Part shown: piece after piece, positions 36,939 through 48,013 of the stretch
Layout of the letters: every line of letters begins with the position of its first letter
Position numbering within the stretch: the first letter of the stretch is position 1
DNA from: Mobula hypostoma
Lineage: Eukaryota
Assembly (NCBI RefSeq): GCF_963921235.1
Contig: NC_086126.1
Location: 6,262,001 to 6,326,000 of the forward strand
Length of the DNA stretch: 64,000 nucleotides
Direction of reading: 5' to 3'
The notes under the pieces: model-generated
Database searches by the model: none
Told to the model about the DNA's origin: nothing
What the model saw: only the letters and a program-made list of their open reading frames with translations
Program-made: the position numbers and the translations under genes

Positions 36939-37892
36939 CTCCTGTGTTTTCTTACAGTTTGTCAATTCTTGTGCCCTTCATGGCCTGGTCTCTTGTGTAT
37001 ATTTTCTCTTGCATTCTCGGGAAATGGCTATTGTTACCTCTACAATAACACACACAAAATGCTGGAAGAACTCAGCATGTCAGGAGGCATCTATGGGGGG
37101 GAATAACCGAGATGTTTTGGAAAGGAAAGGGGCAGAGTAAGGTGGGGGGGGGTGTGGAGGAGAGGACTACAAACTAGAAGTTACAGAGAGGTTTGTTGGA
37201 GCTTTGGTTGGCAGTTCCTTATTGCGTAATGGACACAAGCTGCTGATTCAGGTGCGACTGTGTCTTCTGCAGTCCTGAACTTTCAGAAGCTCCAGTGGTG
37301 ATGGGGAGTTGAGCTAGTGAATCTCTTTACGACTGCCCCCAATGGTAAGGGAAATGTACGAACTCCTTACGGACAGAATTGAACCGCAGTTGCTGGCACT
37401 ATGACGCCCTGCGCTGATTTCCCCGTATGTCCCAAAGTCTTTGAATTTCTTTCAAATATTTATGTCCATATAATGACCTGGCTGTCACTTCCCTTGGGCA
37501 GAGGACCTCATTCGTTGTACTCTCAAAAGAAGTTTTAAATGGTCAGTCTCTTTTTCTGTAGCCACAGCATTCATCCCACTGGCCGCCCCTTAGGATTACC
37601 CTTCATTCTTAGGAAATCCAAAGAATTCGACCCTCGACTTCAAGTGTACCTTGTCTCAATAGGACACTTCACTTTTACAATTGTTCACTTTGGTTTTTAT
37701 CGATAAGGGGACCAGCACTGCCCATTTTTCCAGGTATGCCCTGTACGACTGTAACAAAGCTACACTATTAAACCACAACTGTATTAGGTTCCGCACCCCT
37801 GTTGGATCTGTCTGCTAACTTTGTGATTCATGCACTAGAAAATCTAGATCTCTGAAATAATTGCATTCTCTCTCCATTCACCTTTTGATAAC

Positions 37893-38230
37893 GTGGACAA
37901 CAATTTTTTTCAAAAGTTCCTCAAAGGTTTTTGCAAACGCAAATATAATTTCAGATTACTTGTATCAGACTACTTGTGTACAAGAAATTAACTTTAATAA
38001 AATACATTCAATTGCATAACAGTACTGACGCTTAGCAATATTTTAACAAAGTTGAAAATGTTTTGTTTATGATTTTTGTTTGTACTTAGTGTTTGAGGCT
38101 TCTCGCATAAGCGGCCAACAGTAATCAGACAGCGTTGATGGATTCCAGTTGCCCTGATACCATTTCTCAGTGACTACAATGTCCTGGTGAAGGCTTTCAC
38201 CATGCTCGTCACTGACAGTGCCCAAGATTT
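37893..38230 (-). mobile_element. DNA-transposase C-terminal remnant, probably Chapaev3-like (CMC superfamily)
   Basis: LGTVSDEHGESLHQDIVVTEKWYQGNWNPSTLSDYCW motif; TIR-like TGGACAACAATTTTTT at 37894; family assignment is from recalled motif similarity only. Confidence 0.5.
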
Positions 38231-38269
38231 GCTGGGAAGAAGTCTTAATGGGAATGCAGGAAATGATCT

Positions 38270-38905
38270 TTAATGATGCAAATAGATACTTTATTGACCT
38301 CAATGGAAATTACAAAGTCACAATAGCATTAGAAGTGCAGATATACAAACATTGGAAGAGAAGAAATAAGTTGCCTCAAACAGTCTAACAGGAGGGCGTC
38401 ACCTCTTCCTCAGCTATAGGTTGACTTGTTAAAGAGCCTAATGGCTGAGGGTAAGAATGAAGTTTTGGAGCAGTGCATTTGTCTTCGTGTATTACTAAAA
38501 GTGCTCCTCTGTTCAGCCAAGGTAGCATGCAGAGGGTGAGAAACATTGCCCAGAATTGCCAAAATTGTTTTACCACAGCCTCCAGTGTGTCCAGTTTGAC
38601 TCCTATGAACAGAGCCAGCCTTTCTAATCAGTTTATTGAGCCTGTTGGCATCACCTGTGTTGATGCCATTGCCCCAGCATAGCACTGAAGAGAAGATTGT
38701 ACTGGCAACAACAGACTGGTAGGACATGTGGAGAGGCCTGCACGCTCCAAAGGACCTCAGTCTCCTCAGGAAGTAGAGACGTCCTGGCCCTTCTTGTACA
38801 CAGCCTCTGTGTTGGTGCTCCCCTCAAGTCTGTCATCTAGGTGCACCCCCAGGTACCTGTAGGCCCTCACCACATCCGCATCCCCACCATCAATAGTGAC
38901 AGGGA
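38270..38905 (-). mobile_element. Rex1/Babar LINE 3' fragment
   Basis: YRYLGVHLDDRL...YQSVVASTIFSSVLCWG...SFLPSAIRLFN with frameshifts. Confidence 0.75.
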
Positions 38906-40699
38906 GCAGTGCAATGTATAAAAAATATAGGCGATTTTTAAAACAGGTGGGAAATTTCATGGTGAGTTTTGTGATCAGCCCAAAATCCATAAGATACACA
39001 CAGAAGTATTCAGGAAGCAAAAATAGTTGTTGAGTACTACTTCATACTGGAAAACATGACCTTGTACGTCCACTTGTTAAACTTCATTTATTACTAGTTT
39101 TTCCCCCGGTCAGGATGTGAATTGATGAACCTTCTGCTGGCAGTGTGGCGTGGAGAAGATTCAGGGCAGGTAAGACTCGGGAACGTCACTGGGAAGGGGC
39201 CCGGACCCAACCGCTTCATCAGTGACCCTCATTTGGCACGGTGGCACAAATATTTCAATGCCAGCTACACGATCAAATCCCACCTCTAACGGGTTTGTAC
39301 GTTCTCTGCATGACCATTTAGGTTTCCTCCCACATTCCAGAGGCAAATTGGCCACGTAATGTGCAATTGGGCAGCACGGACTCTGGGTGGGGGAAGTCTC
39401 CTTCTTGTATCTCTATTAATAACCAGGATATTCTTTAATGGTCAGCTCAGAAAATGCTGCAGGTAGCAAGACTTGAGCGATATTCCAGCTGAGGCTGAGA
39501 CCTGCAGGTAATGATCTAGCCCAACAAGAGGATCCAGCCACCTAACGTGACTGGGACCAACATCCGGGGGTGATAGAAACACTGGCCCTTCGGCAAGCTA
39601 CGGCCGCCGGGACTGGTAAAACGGCCTGGAGAGTTTTTCTCCCCACCATCCCCACTTGAATGCAGCTCCAACCAACACGGAAGCAGCTTGGTGCCTCCCA
39701 GGAAAGAGCCTGCGTGATTAATGCTCAGGTCAGGAGGTGTGGTGGCTTGTGGAAGCGTTCACATTGGTGAGGTAGAAGCCTTTGCAGAGGCTGCCCGGCC
39801 ACAGTGAAAGCCGCAAGACCAAGGAGCAGAATCCAGCTCATTGAGTCTGATCTTGATCAATCATAGCTGATTTATTATTCTGCTCAATCTCATTCCCCTG
39901 CCTTTTATGCACCTACTAAGCAAGAGCTTTCCCCCCACCACCTGTTTAAATATGGCCATTGACTTGTGCTCCACAGATGACTGGCAATGAATTATACATA
40001 TTAATGCCCTCTAGCTAAAGAAATTCCTCCACCTCTGTTCCAGAGGGATGGCCTTTCGAGGTTGAGACTATGTCCTCTAGTCCTAAACTGCTCCACTATT
40101 AGAAACATCACATGCAAACTAAACTTTTAAATAGTTTGTAGGTTTCAATGTGATCTCCCCTCATTCTTCTAAACTTCTGGATAAATCTGTTTTTGTACCA
40201 GTTCTAATCAGATAGTTAAAACTGGATTTGGCAAGTTGAAAAGAAAAGCCAACTTTAATCTCCCTGCTCTCCTGAGTTTTCTTGGCCGTGAGGTCACTGC
40301 AGCCCCCAGTATGTCATGTGACGCAACTGAAACGCTGCTTCTTCACCCCTCCGGAGACCCAGGGTAGATCCCAGCCTCCAAAGCAGCCCCCCTTGTGGAT
40401 TTTGCAGGTTCTCCCTTGGGTTCCCTCCAGGTTCCTCCTACATTCCCAAGACCTGAGAGCCAGTAGGTTCATTGCCCTGTGTGTGTGTGTGAGTGTGTGG
40501 TGGGAGCATTGAAGAGGATGCGGGGAGGATAGAAGATTATGAATGGCATGGTAAAGGTTAGTGTAACACAATTACACTGTCAGTAACCCGGATTCAATTA
40601 CACCATCCGTAGCCACTAATTTCACAGGTTCCCCACACTCTGGCTAAAGAAATTCCTGCTCATCTCTGTTCTAAATGGACTTGCTTTTCTGAGGTTGTA

Positions 40700-40990
40700 C
40701 TCTCTGGTCCTAGACTCCCCCACTATAGGAAACATCCTCTCCACATCCACTCTATCTGTGTCCTCTGGTCCTAGACTCCCCCCACTATAGGAAACATCCT
40801 CTCCACATCCACTCTATCTGTGTCCTCTGGTCCGAGACTCCCCCACTATAGGAAACATCCTCTCCACATCCACTCTATCTGTGTCCTCTGGTCCTAGACT
40901 CCCCCCACTATAGGAAACATCCTCTCCACATCCACTCTATCTGTGTCCTCTGGTCCTAGACTCCCCCAACTATAGGAAACATCCTCTGCA
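40700..40990. repeat. Short array (about 5 copies) of the 61-bp CR1-derived unit inside a CR1 fragment (about 40615-41050)
   Basis: Same unit and register as the 52.7-64 kb satellite. Confidence 0.9.
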
Positions 40991-43459
40991 CGTCTGATAA
41001 GATTTCTTGCCCCCCCCCCCCCATTCATCTAAACTTAAATGAGTACAGGCTCTGGCCTCTTCTCTCCAATGCCAGTAATCCTTCAGAACATTACATAGGG
41101 CAGGGGCTTTGACCCATGAAATTGAGACTTTTAACGGGCTGTAAAATAAAATCTAACCCTCCCCTCCTTCATAACACTCCATTTTTCTATTATCCATGTG
41201 TAGCCCCCCCCCGGCCACCCTCAGGGTCGCTCGGCTCACTGTCATCTAGGGAAACAGCCCTCGGCCCCCCCTTACACGTGTGTCTTAAAAGTTAATTAAA
41301 AGCCCATCATGTAACTGCCTCTACCACCATCTGTGGTGGTGTTTCTCCTCCACCCCCCCCCCTTTTCTGCAATCACCTTAAAAATTATTCCCTGTTGTGT
41401 TTACCATTTTCACTCTGGGAAACACACACAAAATGCTGGAGGAATAAAGGGTCTTAGCCTGAAATGTCAACATAGATGCAGCCTGACCTGCCGAGTTCCT
41501 CTGGCATTGTGTGTGGTGTTCTGGATTTCCGGCATCTGTTGTTCATGATTCCCTGGGGAAGAAGTCCACTCTATCCGCCTCTTAATCCGGTTGTACACCC
41601 CACCCCACCCTCTTTTGCTCCCAAGGTGAAAAGCCCCAAGTTCACTTAGTCTGTCGTCATAAAACATGCTCTGTAATCCTGGTAAACCTCTGCACCCTTC
41701 CTATAATGAGGTGAACTGAACGCTCCCAAGTGGGGGTGTCTAACCAGAGTTCTATAGTATTACCTCACATGTCTTGAACTCAGTTCCTCAACGCCTTTAA
41801 AAAAAACCTCAGCATTACATCATTGCTTTTATTTAAGGGGAGGGGGGAGAGCCTATTACAGCACCAATGACCCAGGTTCAAGTCCTTCTACTGTCTGTAA
41901 GGAGTTTGTACGTTCTCCCTGTGACCACATGGGCTTCCTCCCATTTTAGTCCCATGAGAAAAATTGGGCAGTGTCAGCTCAGCCTGCAAGGACCTGTTAT
42001 CGTGCAATCTACCCGACTCCCAAGTGGCCCTTACCCAGAACACCCATAAACTGAAAAGCCACTACATGCAAGGGTCTTGACTTCACTGCACAGTGGGTGT
42101 GTAGATTAAACAAAGATTTATTATCTTTTAAATGGTACAATTGCTTAATCACAAGCCATCATTTTAAAAAATCCTTGGTTTGGGGGAGAGAATACACCAG
42201 CTTTCAGTTCATCCGTCACACAAACATTTCATGAAACTGGATATCGAGTCCATGTTCTTTGTGGAATTTATGAGGTTATATCCGTGAACAGAGTTCACAG
42301 ATGCTGGCAAGCTTCAGCAACACACAGAAAATGCTGGAGGAGCTGAGCAAGTCAATATTGTGTCCCCTGATGTTCCTGGGTCGAGTGGCGTGGTTTATAT
42401 GTTGGTGTTCAGGGACTGCGCTGTGGCTGGATTGGAATTGTGAAGCGTCAAGTGTCTCTGTTGACCAGGGGTCCACGAGCCCCTCAGTTAATGGCAGGGG
42501 TTCGATGGCGCAGAAAAAATCAAGAACCCTGCTCTGGACTAAAGCCAACTCACCCGAGATTCAAATTTATTTGTCGAGCATACACCAGCCCATACAGTGA
42601 AGTGTCCCAGTGAGACCGTTAACAATCTGAAGGTGTGCTGGGGGGTGGGGGGGAGCAGCCCAAAGTGTCAGCACCCTACCCTAATACCCCCCACCCCGAC
42701 AGATGGCCACACCTCAGCAGTGTCTGCTTAGACTGACCACAGTGCCCACTGCCCCACTGTAAGCCTGGGGCAGACTTACAGGATAGCTGGAAGTCAGCTC
42801 CGAAAGGTTCACCAAAACCCACCCCTGGAATTACAAATGGTGCACGGTAAAAATAGGCTACAACTTCATGCAGGAAAAAAATACTAGGTATATATTTAAA
42901 AATACTACTAAAATATGTCTTCGGTTATGCACAGTTCCCGGTCTCCATATCCCACTCTGGGAATCACCGTGCACAGTCCCCATCTCTGTATCCCGTACAT
43001 TCGCAGTGTGCGATACAGGTTCTTGACGGGACACTGCGTCAAAAGTTTCGGGGAGTGGGGCTGAGGAGGGGAGAAAAAGATCAGCCAGGATCGAATGGCG
43101 GGGCAGACTCAATGGGCGAAATGGCCTTATTCTGTTCCTATGGTCCTATAAGAAAGCATTACTAAAGACTAAAGTAGATTCAAGGGGAAAGATTCTAAGT
43201 TAACCTCCTTTAGAGAATTTTCCCAGGCCTCGGTCCACAAGTGACTCCTGACCACCTCGTTGCCAAGTTTATCTGGCCCCTTGAAGTGGGCCATCCGGGA
43301 TGGGAATGGACATGGAAGAAACTTGCGTCGAATGTTCTATCCCTCAGCCAGACATGGATCCTGCCCCCTTACCAGGGAGGGGAGGGGGCAGAGGCCGAGC
43401 CCGGAAGTCGAACGGGAACCGGGGCGTGGGATGCTTACTGGTGTGATCGAAGTAGTCCG

Positions 43460-43561
43460 TCAAGATCTGCCACTGGCCTTCCTGCTTTGAGGGAAATAGG
43501 TCGTCACCTTCCGGTAGACCTGGCTCACAATTGCCCCCGCGCTCCTGGAGATCCGCAGCCC
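43460..43561 (-). CDS. BAD: BAD last coding exon
   Basis: Minus-strand tttgtttctcggcag|GGG; GLRISRSAGAIVSQVYRKVTTYFPQSRKASGRS*, aligning with the BAD GLPRPKSAG segment. Confidence 0.8.
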   Translation of the reverse strand, partial: GLRISRSAGAIVSQVYRKVTTYFPQSRKASGRS

Positions 43562-43829
43562 CTGCCGAGAAACAAAGGGCAGAGTTTTCACCCGGGTCGG
43601 GAGGTGGGCGGCGGAGAGGGTCAGGGGTCTGCCCACCAGGCCCCGAGGAAGGACGTTTATCTTAACCTGCAACGCCAACAGCTGGCAAAGGAGGCATACG
43701 GTTTGCTCATCTTGATTGGTAGGAGGCACAGAGTAGAAAGGTCAGGAAGTCGCATATTAAAGCACAGATTCCACCCACATCCCACTGGCGCACAACAAAA
43801 CACGTACACACGCACACGATTTGGCAGAT

Positions 43830-44235
43830 GCTAAATGCTCAGAGATTAAGGGAGCTAGGGCTTTACTCTTTGGAGAGGAGGAGGATGAGAGGAGACATGA
43901 TAGAGGTGTACAAGATAATAAGAGGAATAGATAGAGTGGACAGCCAGCGCCTCTTCCCCAGGGCACCACTGCGCAATACAAGAGGACATGGCTTTAAGGT
44001 AAGGGGTGGGAAGTTCAAGGGGGATATTAAAGGAAGGTTTTTTACTCAGAGTGGTTGGTGCGTGGAATGCACTGCCTGAGTCAGTGGTGGAGGCAGATAC
44101 ACTAGTGAAGTTTGAGAGACTACTGAACAGGTATATGGAGGAATTTAAGGTGGGGGGGGGGTTATATGGGAGGCAGGATTTGAGGATCGGCACAACATTG
44201 TGGGCCGAAGGGCCTGTACTGTTCCATGTTCTAAA
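43830..44235 (+). mobile_element. CR1 LINE 3' fragment in a BAD intron
   Basis: RLRELGLYSLERRRMRGDMIEVYKIIRGIDRVD...TRGH. Confidence 0.85.
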
Positions 44236-44815
44236 TATCCAGAACAACACAACCAGACACAAAATGCTGGAGGACCTCAGCAGGCCAGGCAGCATCTATG
44301 GAGGGGAATAAACTCATTTCAGGCTGAGGAGGGGTGGTCTTGATCTCTGCCCCCCACCCCCCCCACGGGAGACTGTACCACGAGAGCAGCGAAGTTCAGG
44401 TCTCCTGCTCCCGTTGTCCCAGGAGAGCGACCTCTCTCTCCCTCGACGGAGACAGCAAGCAAGCCCGTCTGAGATAACCGAAGTGCTGGGTTGTGGACGG
44501 TAGCTTTTGATCAACTCGAGGTCAAGGGCTCCTTGGGGGCTTTGCATTGCCCGCATGGTGGGGGTCAGTGCAGGTAGCGCGAGGGGGAGGGTTATGCTTG
44601 TGTGTGATGGGGGGGGGAGAGAGAGCGAGCAGGGGACTTGAGCTTTTAATGTCACTGTCATTCATTTGGGGTTCTTGTTTTGTGGACGTCTGCGAAGAGT
44701 AAGAATTTTAGGCTGCACACAGTCACCGATATTGAACTTGAACCATCTGAAACCCGCTCGCCCCAAGGTTAAGAGGTCAGCACATCGTGGGGCAAAGGGT
44801 ACATGTCTTTAAGGG

Positions 44816-44903
44816 CAGGGGTTCCTGAACTGGGGTCCACAGACCCCTCCCCTCGGTTAATGGTAGGGCTCCATGGCATAAAAAAAAGGCTTGGGATCCC
44901 CTG
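44816..44903. mobile_element. Short hAT-type MITE
   Basis: CAGGGGTTCC...GGGATCCCCTG termini; relatives at about 11052-11131, 16938-16978 and 42465-42531. Confidence 0.6.
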
Positions 44904-45519
44904 CCTTAGGGTGAGCAGGGTCTGAATTCAAGAGCTGGGTGAGTCTAGGACCAGGAGGCACAGCTGCATAATAGACGGTTTTCTAGTTGTCTATTGGAGT
45001 TGTAGAGGAATTTCTTTGATCAGATTGTGTGGAATCTGCGACCACAAACGGCTGTGAAGGCCAAGTCGTCGGGTATATTTAAAACGGGAGGGTGATAGAT
45101 TCTTGATTAGCCAGGGGAAAGGAGAACGGGGTCGAGAGGGGAGATCAACCAGTCATGATGGAATGGTGCAGCAGACTTGATGGGCCGAATGGCCCAGTTC
45201 TCCTCCTATGTCTTATGAATATGCAGGAAATGGGGTGATGTGGTTCGTGCAGGCAGAAGTTTAGCGCAGGCTCTCTGGGCTCAGAGGGTTTGTCGTGTGG
45301 TGTTCCACGCGTCCCCTACGCCTTGCCCAAAGGCTGCGTGTTTGAAGGGGGAGGGCTGGCACCTTCAGTTACAGCTCTGGACGGGGTGCAGGGAGAGCTG
45401 CTTCTGGGGGGGGGCAGGGGGTGATGTGGGAAACGTACACCCCCACCGCTCACGGTCCGCGTCCCACTCGCCCACGGGGGGAGGGGGCGCGGCGCGTACA
45501 GCCGCCAGCGCCCACCAAC

Positions 45520-45719
45520 CTTCCTCTCGGTGAAGGTGGAGACGAACTCGTCGCTCATCCTCCGCAGCTCCCGCCCGTACTGCAGGGCGCACGTGAAGTG
45601 CGCTGGCTCCGACCGGGTCCGCGTCCGGAACGACGTGGCCTCGACCTCGGGCAGAGACAGCTTGCGAGGCTGGGAGGCCCCGTCCCTGAACACGTCGAAA
45701 TCCGTCTCCGTGGGAGAGA
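45520..45719 (-). CDS. BAD: BAD BH3-encoding exon
   Basis: ttctctccctcag|TC...AAG|gttggt; contains RKLSLP, RTRSEP and the BAD-type BH3 ALQYGRELRRMSDEF. Confidence 0.92.
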
Positions 45720-45834
45720 CTGAGGGAGAGAAAATGTGGGGGGGGGGAGAGGGGAGGCAAGGGGTGGGGGGAATAGTAGCGTTAGAGCAGGCAAAATGTT
45801 CTACATAACGAAGATCAGACCTGAGGGAGGTTCA

Positions 45835-47495
45835 CTAGAATCAATGAGAGGCATTGATCGTGTGGATAGTCAGAGGCTTTTTCCCAGGGCTGAAATGAGT
45901 AGCACGAGAGGGCACAGTTTTAAGGTGCTTGGGAGTAGGTACAGAGGAGATGTCAGGGGTAAGTTTTTTTATGCAGAGAGTGGTGAGTGTGTGGAATGGG
46001 CTGCCGGCAACTGTGGTGGAGGCGGATACGATAGGGTCTTTTAAGAGACTCCTGGACAGGTACACGAAGCTCCGAAAAATAGAGAGCTATGGGTAACCCT
46101 AGGTAATTTCTAAGGTAAGGACATGTTCCACACAGCTTTGTGGGCCTGTATTGTGCTGTAGGTTTTCCATGTTTCTAAATACATAGCATACAAAAACAGG
46201 ATCTTCTCCACCTTACCCCAACCAAGACCCGACCTGGTCCCGTTTGCCTGCGTTTGGGCCATATCCCTGTAAACCTTTCCTTTCCATCTATCTGTCAAAA
46301 TACTTTTTTAAAAATAAAATGTTATTGAAAAGGGGATCTGATTGAAACATATAACATTATTAAGGGATTGGACATGCTGGAGGCAGGAAGCATGTTCCTG
46401 CAGATGGGTGAGTCCAGAATCAGAGGCCACAGTTTAAGAATAAGGGGTAGGCCATTTAGAACGGAGTTGAGGAAAAACTTTTCACCCAGAGAGTGGTGGA
46501 TATGTGGAATGCTCTGCCCCAGAAGGCTGTGGAGGCCAAATCTCTGGATGCTTTCAAGAAAGAGATGGATAGAGCTCTTAAAGATAGCGGAATCAAAGGT
46601 TATGGGGATAAGGCAGGAACTGGATACTGATAGTGGATTATTAGCCATGATCACAGGGAATGGCGGTGCTGGCTCGAAGGGCCGAATGGCCTACTCCTGC
46701 ACCTATTGTCTATTGCTTCAACCACTCCCTCTGGCAACTCGCTCCATATATCGACCGTCCCCTGGGTGAAAAGCACACCTATTGGGTCCCTTTTAAATCT
46801 CGCCCCTCACACCTTAAACTTGCGGCCTCTAGTTCAAGACACTCCTACTCTGGGGAAAAGACAGTGAGCATACACCTTGCCTGTGCCCCTCTCCATTTTA
46901 TCAACCTCCGTAAGGTCGCCCCTTGGCCTCCTCCCCTGCGGGAAGACAGTCCCAGCTGAAAAGTTGCAGGAAGTTGTAAACTCAGTCAGCTCCATCACGG
47001 GCACTAGTCTCCGTAGTATCCAGGACATCTTCAAGGAGCGATGTCTCAGAAAGGCGGCGTCCATCATTAAGGACCCCCATCACCCAGGACATGCCCTCTT
47101 CTCATTGCTACCATCAGGGGGGAGGTACAAAACACTCTGCGGACGCTGGGGTCAAAGCAACACTCACAACACGCTGGAGGAGCTCAGCAGGTCGGGCAGC
47201 ATCCGTGGAAAAGATCGGTCGACGTTTCAGGCCGTTACTGAAGGTCATGGGTTAAGGGTGAAAGGTGAGAGGTTTAAGGGAAACGTGAGGGGAAACTTCT
47301 TCACTCAGAGGGTGGAACGAGCTGCCAGCACAAGTGGAGCGTGCGAGCTCAATTTCAACATTTAAGAGAAGTTTGGACAGGTACATGGATGGGAGGGGTA
47401 TGGAGGTCTACAGTCCTGGTGCAGGTCGATGGGAGTCGGCAGTTTAAATGGTTCGGCACAGGCTAGATGGGCCGAAGGGCCCGTTTCTGTGCTGT
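45835..47495 (+). mobile_element. Cluster of CR1 3' fragments with Rex/Babar and Penelope-end pieces in a BAD intron
   Basis: MRGIDRVDSQRLFP, GESRIRGHSLRIRGRPFRTE and KAASIIKDPHHPGHALFSLLPSG motifs. Confidence 0.75.
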
Positions 47496-47799
47496 GGCTG
47501 ACACTCTGGCACCAGCAGAGATCAGCTGAACAACACTAGAGTCGGTTTTACTTGGCACGCGCAAGCCAAAGCACACAGCGACAGGCGCCCGTGTGCGTTT
47601 AACAACCTGCCTGCAGGCCTCGCCAACAGGGAACATTACAAGCAGCAAAAGAGAAACCTGTTCCTCCTTCCCAGCCCAAAACAGGCCGTCTTTGTCAGCC
47701 CCCAGCCTCCATCACAAGCCCCCTTTCAGATATTCAGGCCCCACCGTCCCCAGGACACAGCGTTCTGTCCCCCAGCCCCCAACCGCGGACTTTGCCCAC

Positions 47800-48013
47800 C
47801 CCGTCGTGGCCGCAACTGGAGGCGAGGAGCTGGGGCAGAACCCCCCCCCACCCCAGCTGGGGCTTCGAAGAGAAGGGAGGTGCCCACGAATCTCTGACTG
47901 GCACCCCCTCCACCGTGGGGGCTGCCCCTACCTCCAGGCTGCCTGCTTTGTCCGCCCGCCTCCTCCGGGAACGGTTCCGAAGGGAATTCCGCAATCTGGA
48001 AGCGTTTTGCCAT
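47800..48013 (-). CDS. BAD: BAD first coding exon (exon spans 48040-47800)
   Basis: MAKRFQIAEFPSEPFPEE resembles the BAD N-terminus (MFQIPEF); acceptor cactgac...ccttccag at 48041; phase-1 donor G|gtgggc, whose exact position is less certain. Confidence 0.78.

Noticed and set aside
43241-43834. 197-aa plus-strand ORF
   Set aside because: Antisense to the BAD last exon and 3'UTR, GTG start, no recognisable motifs
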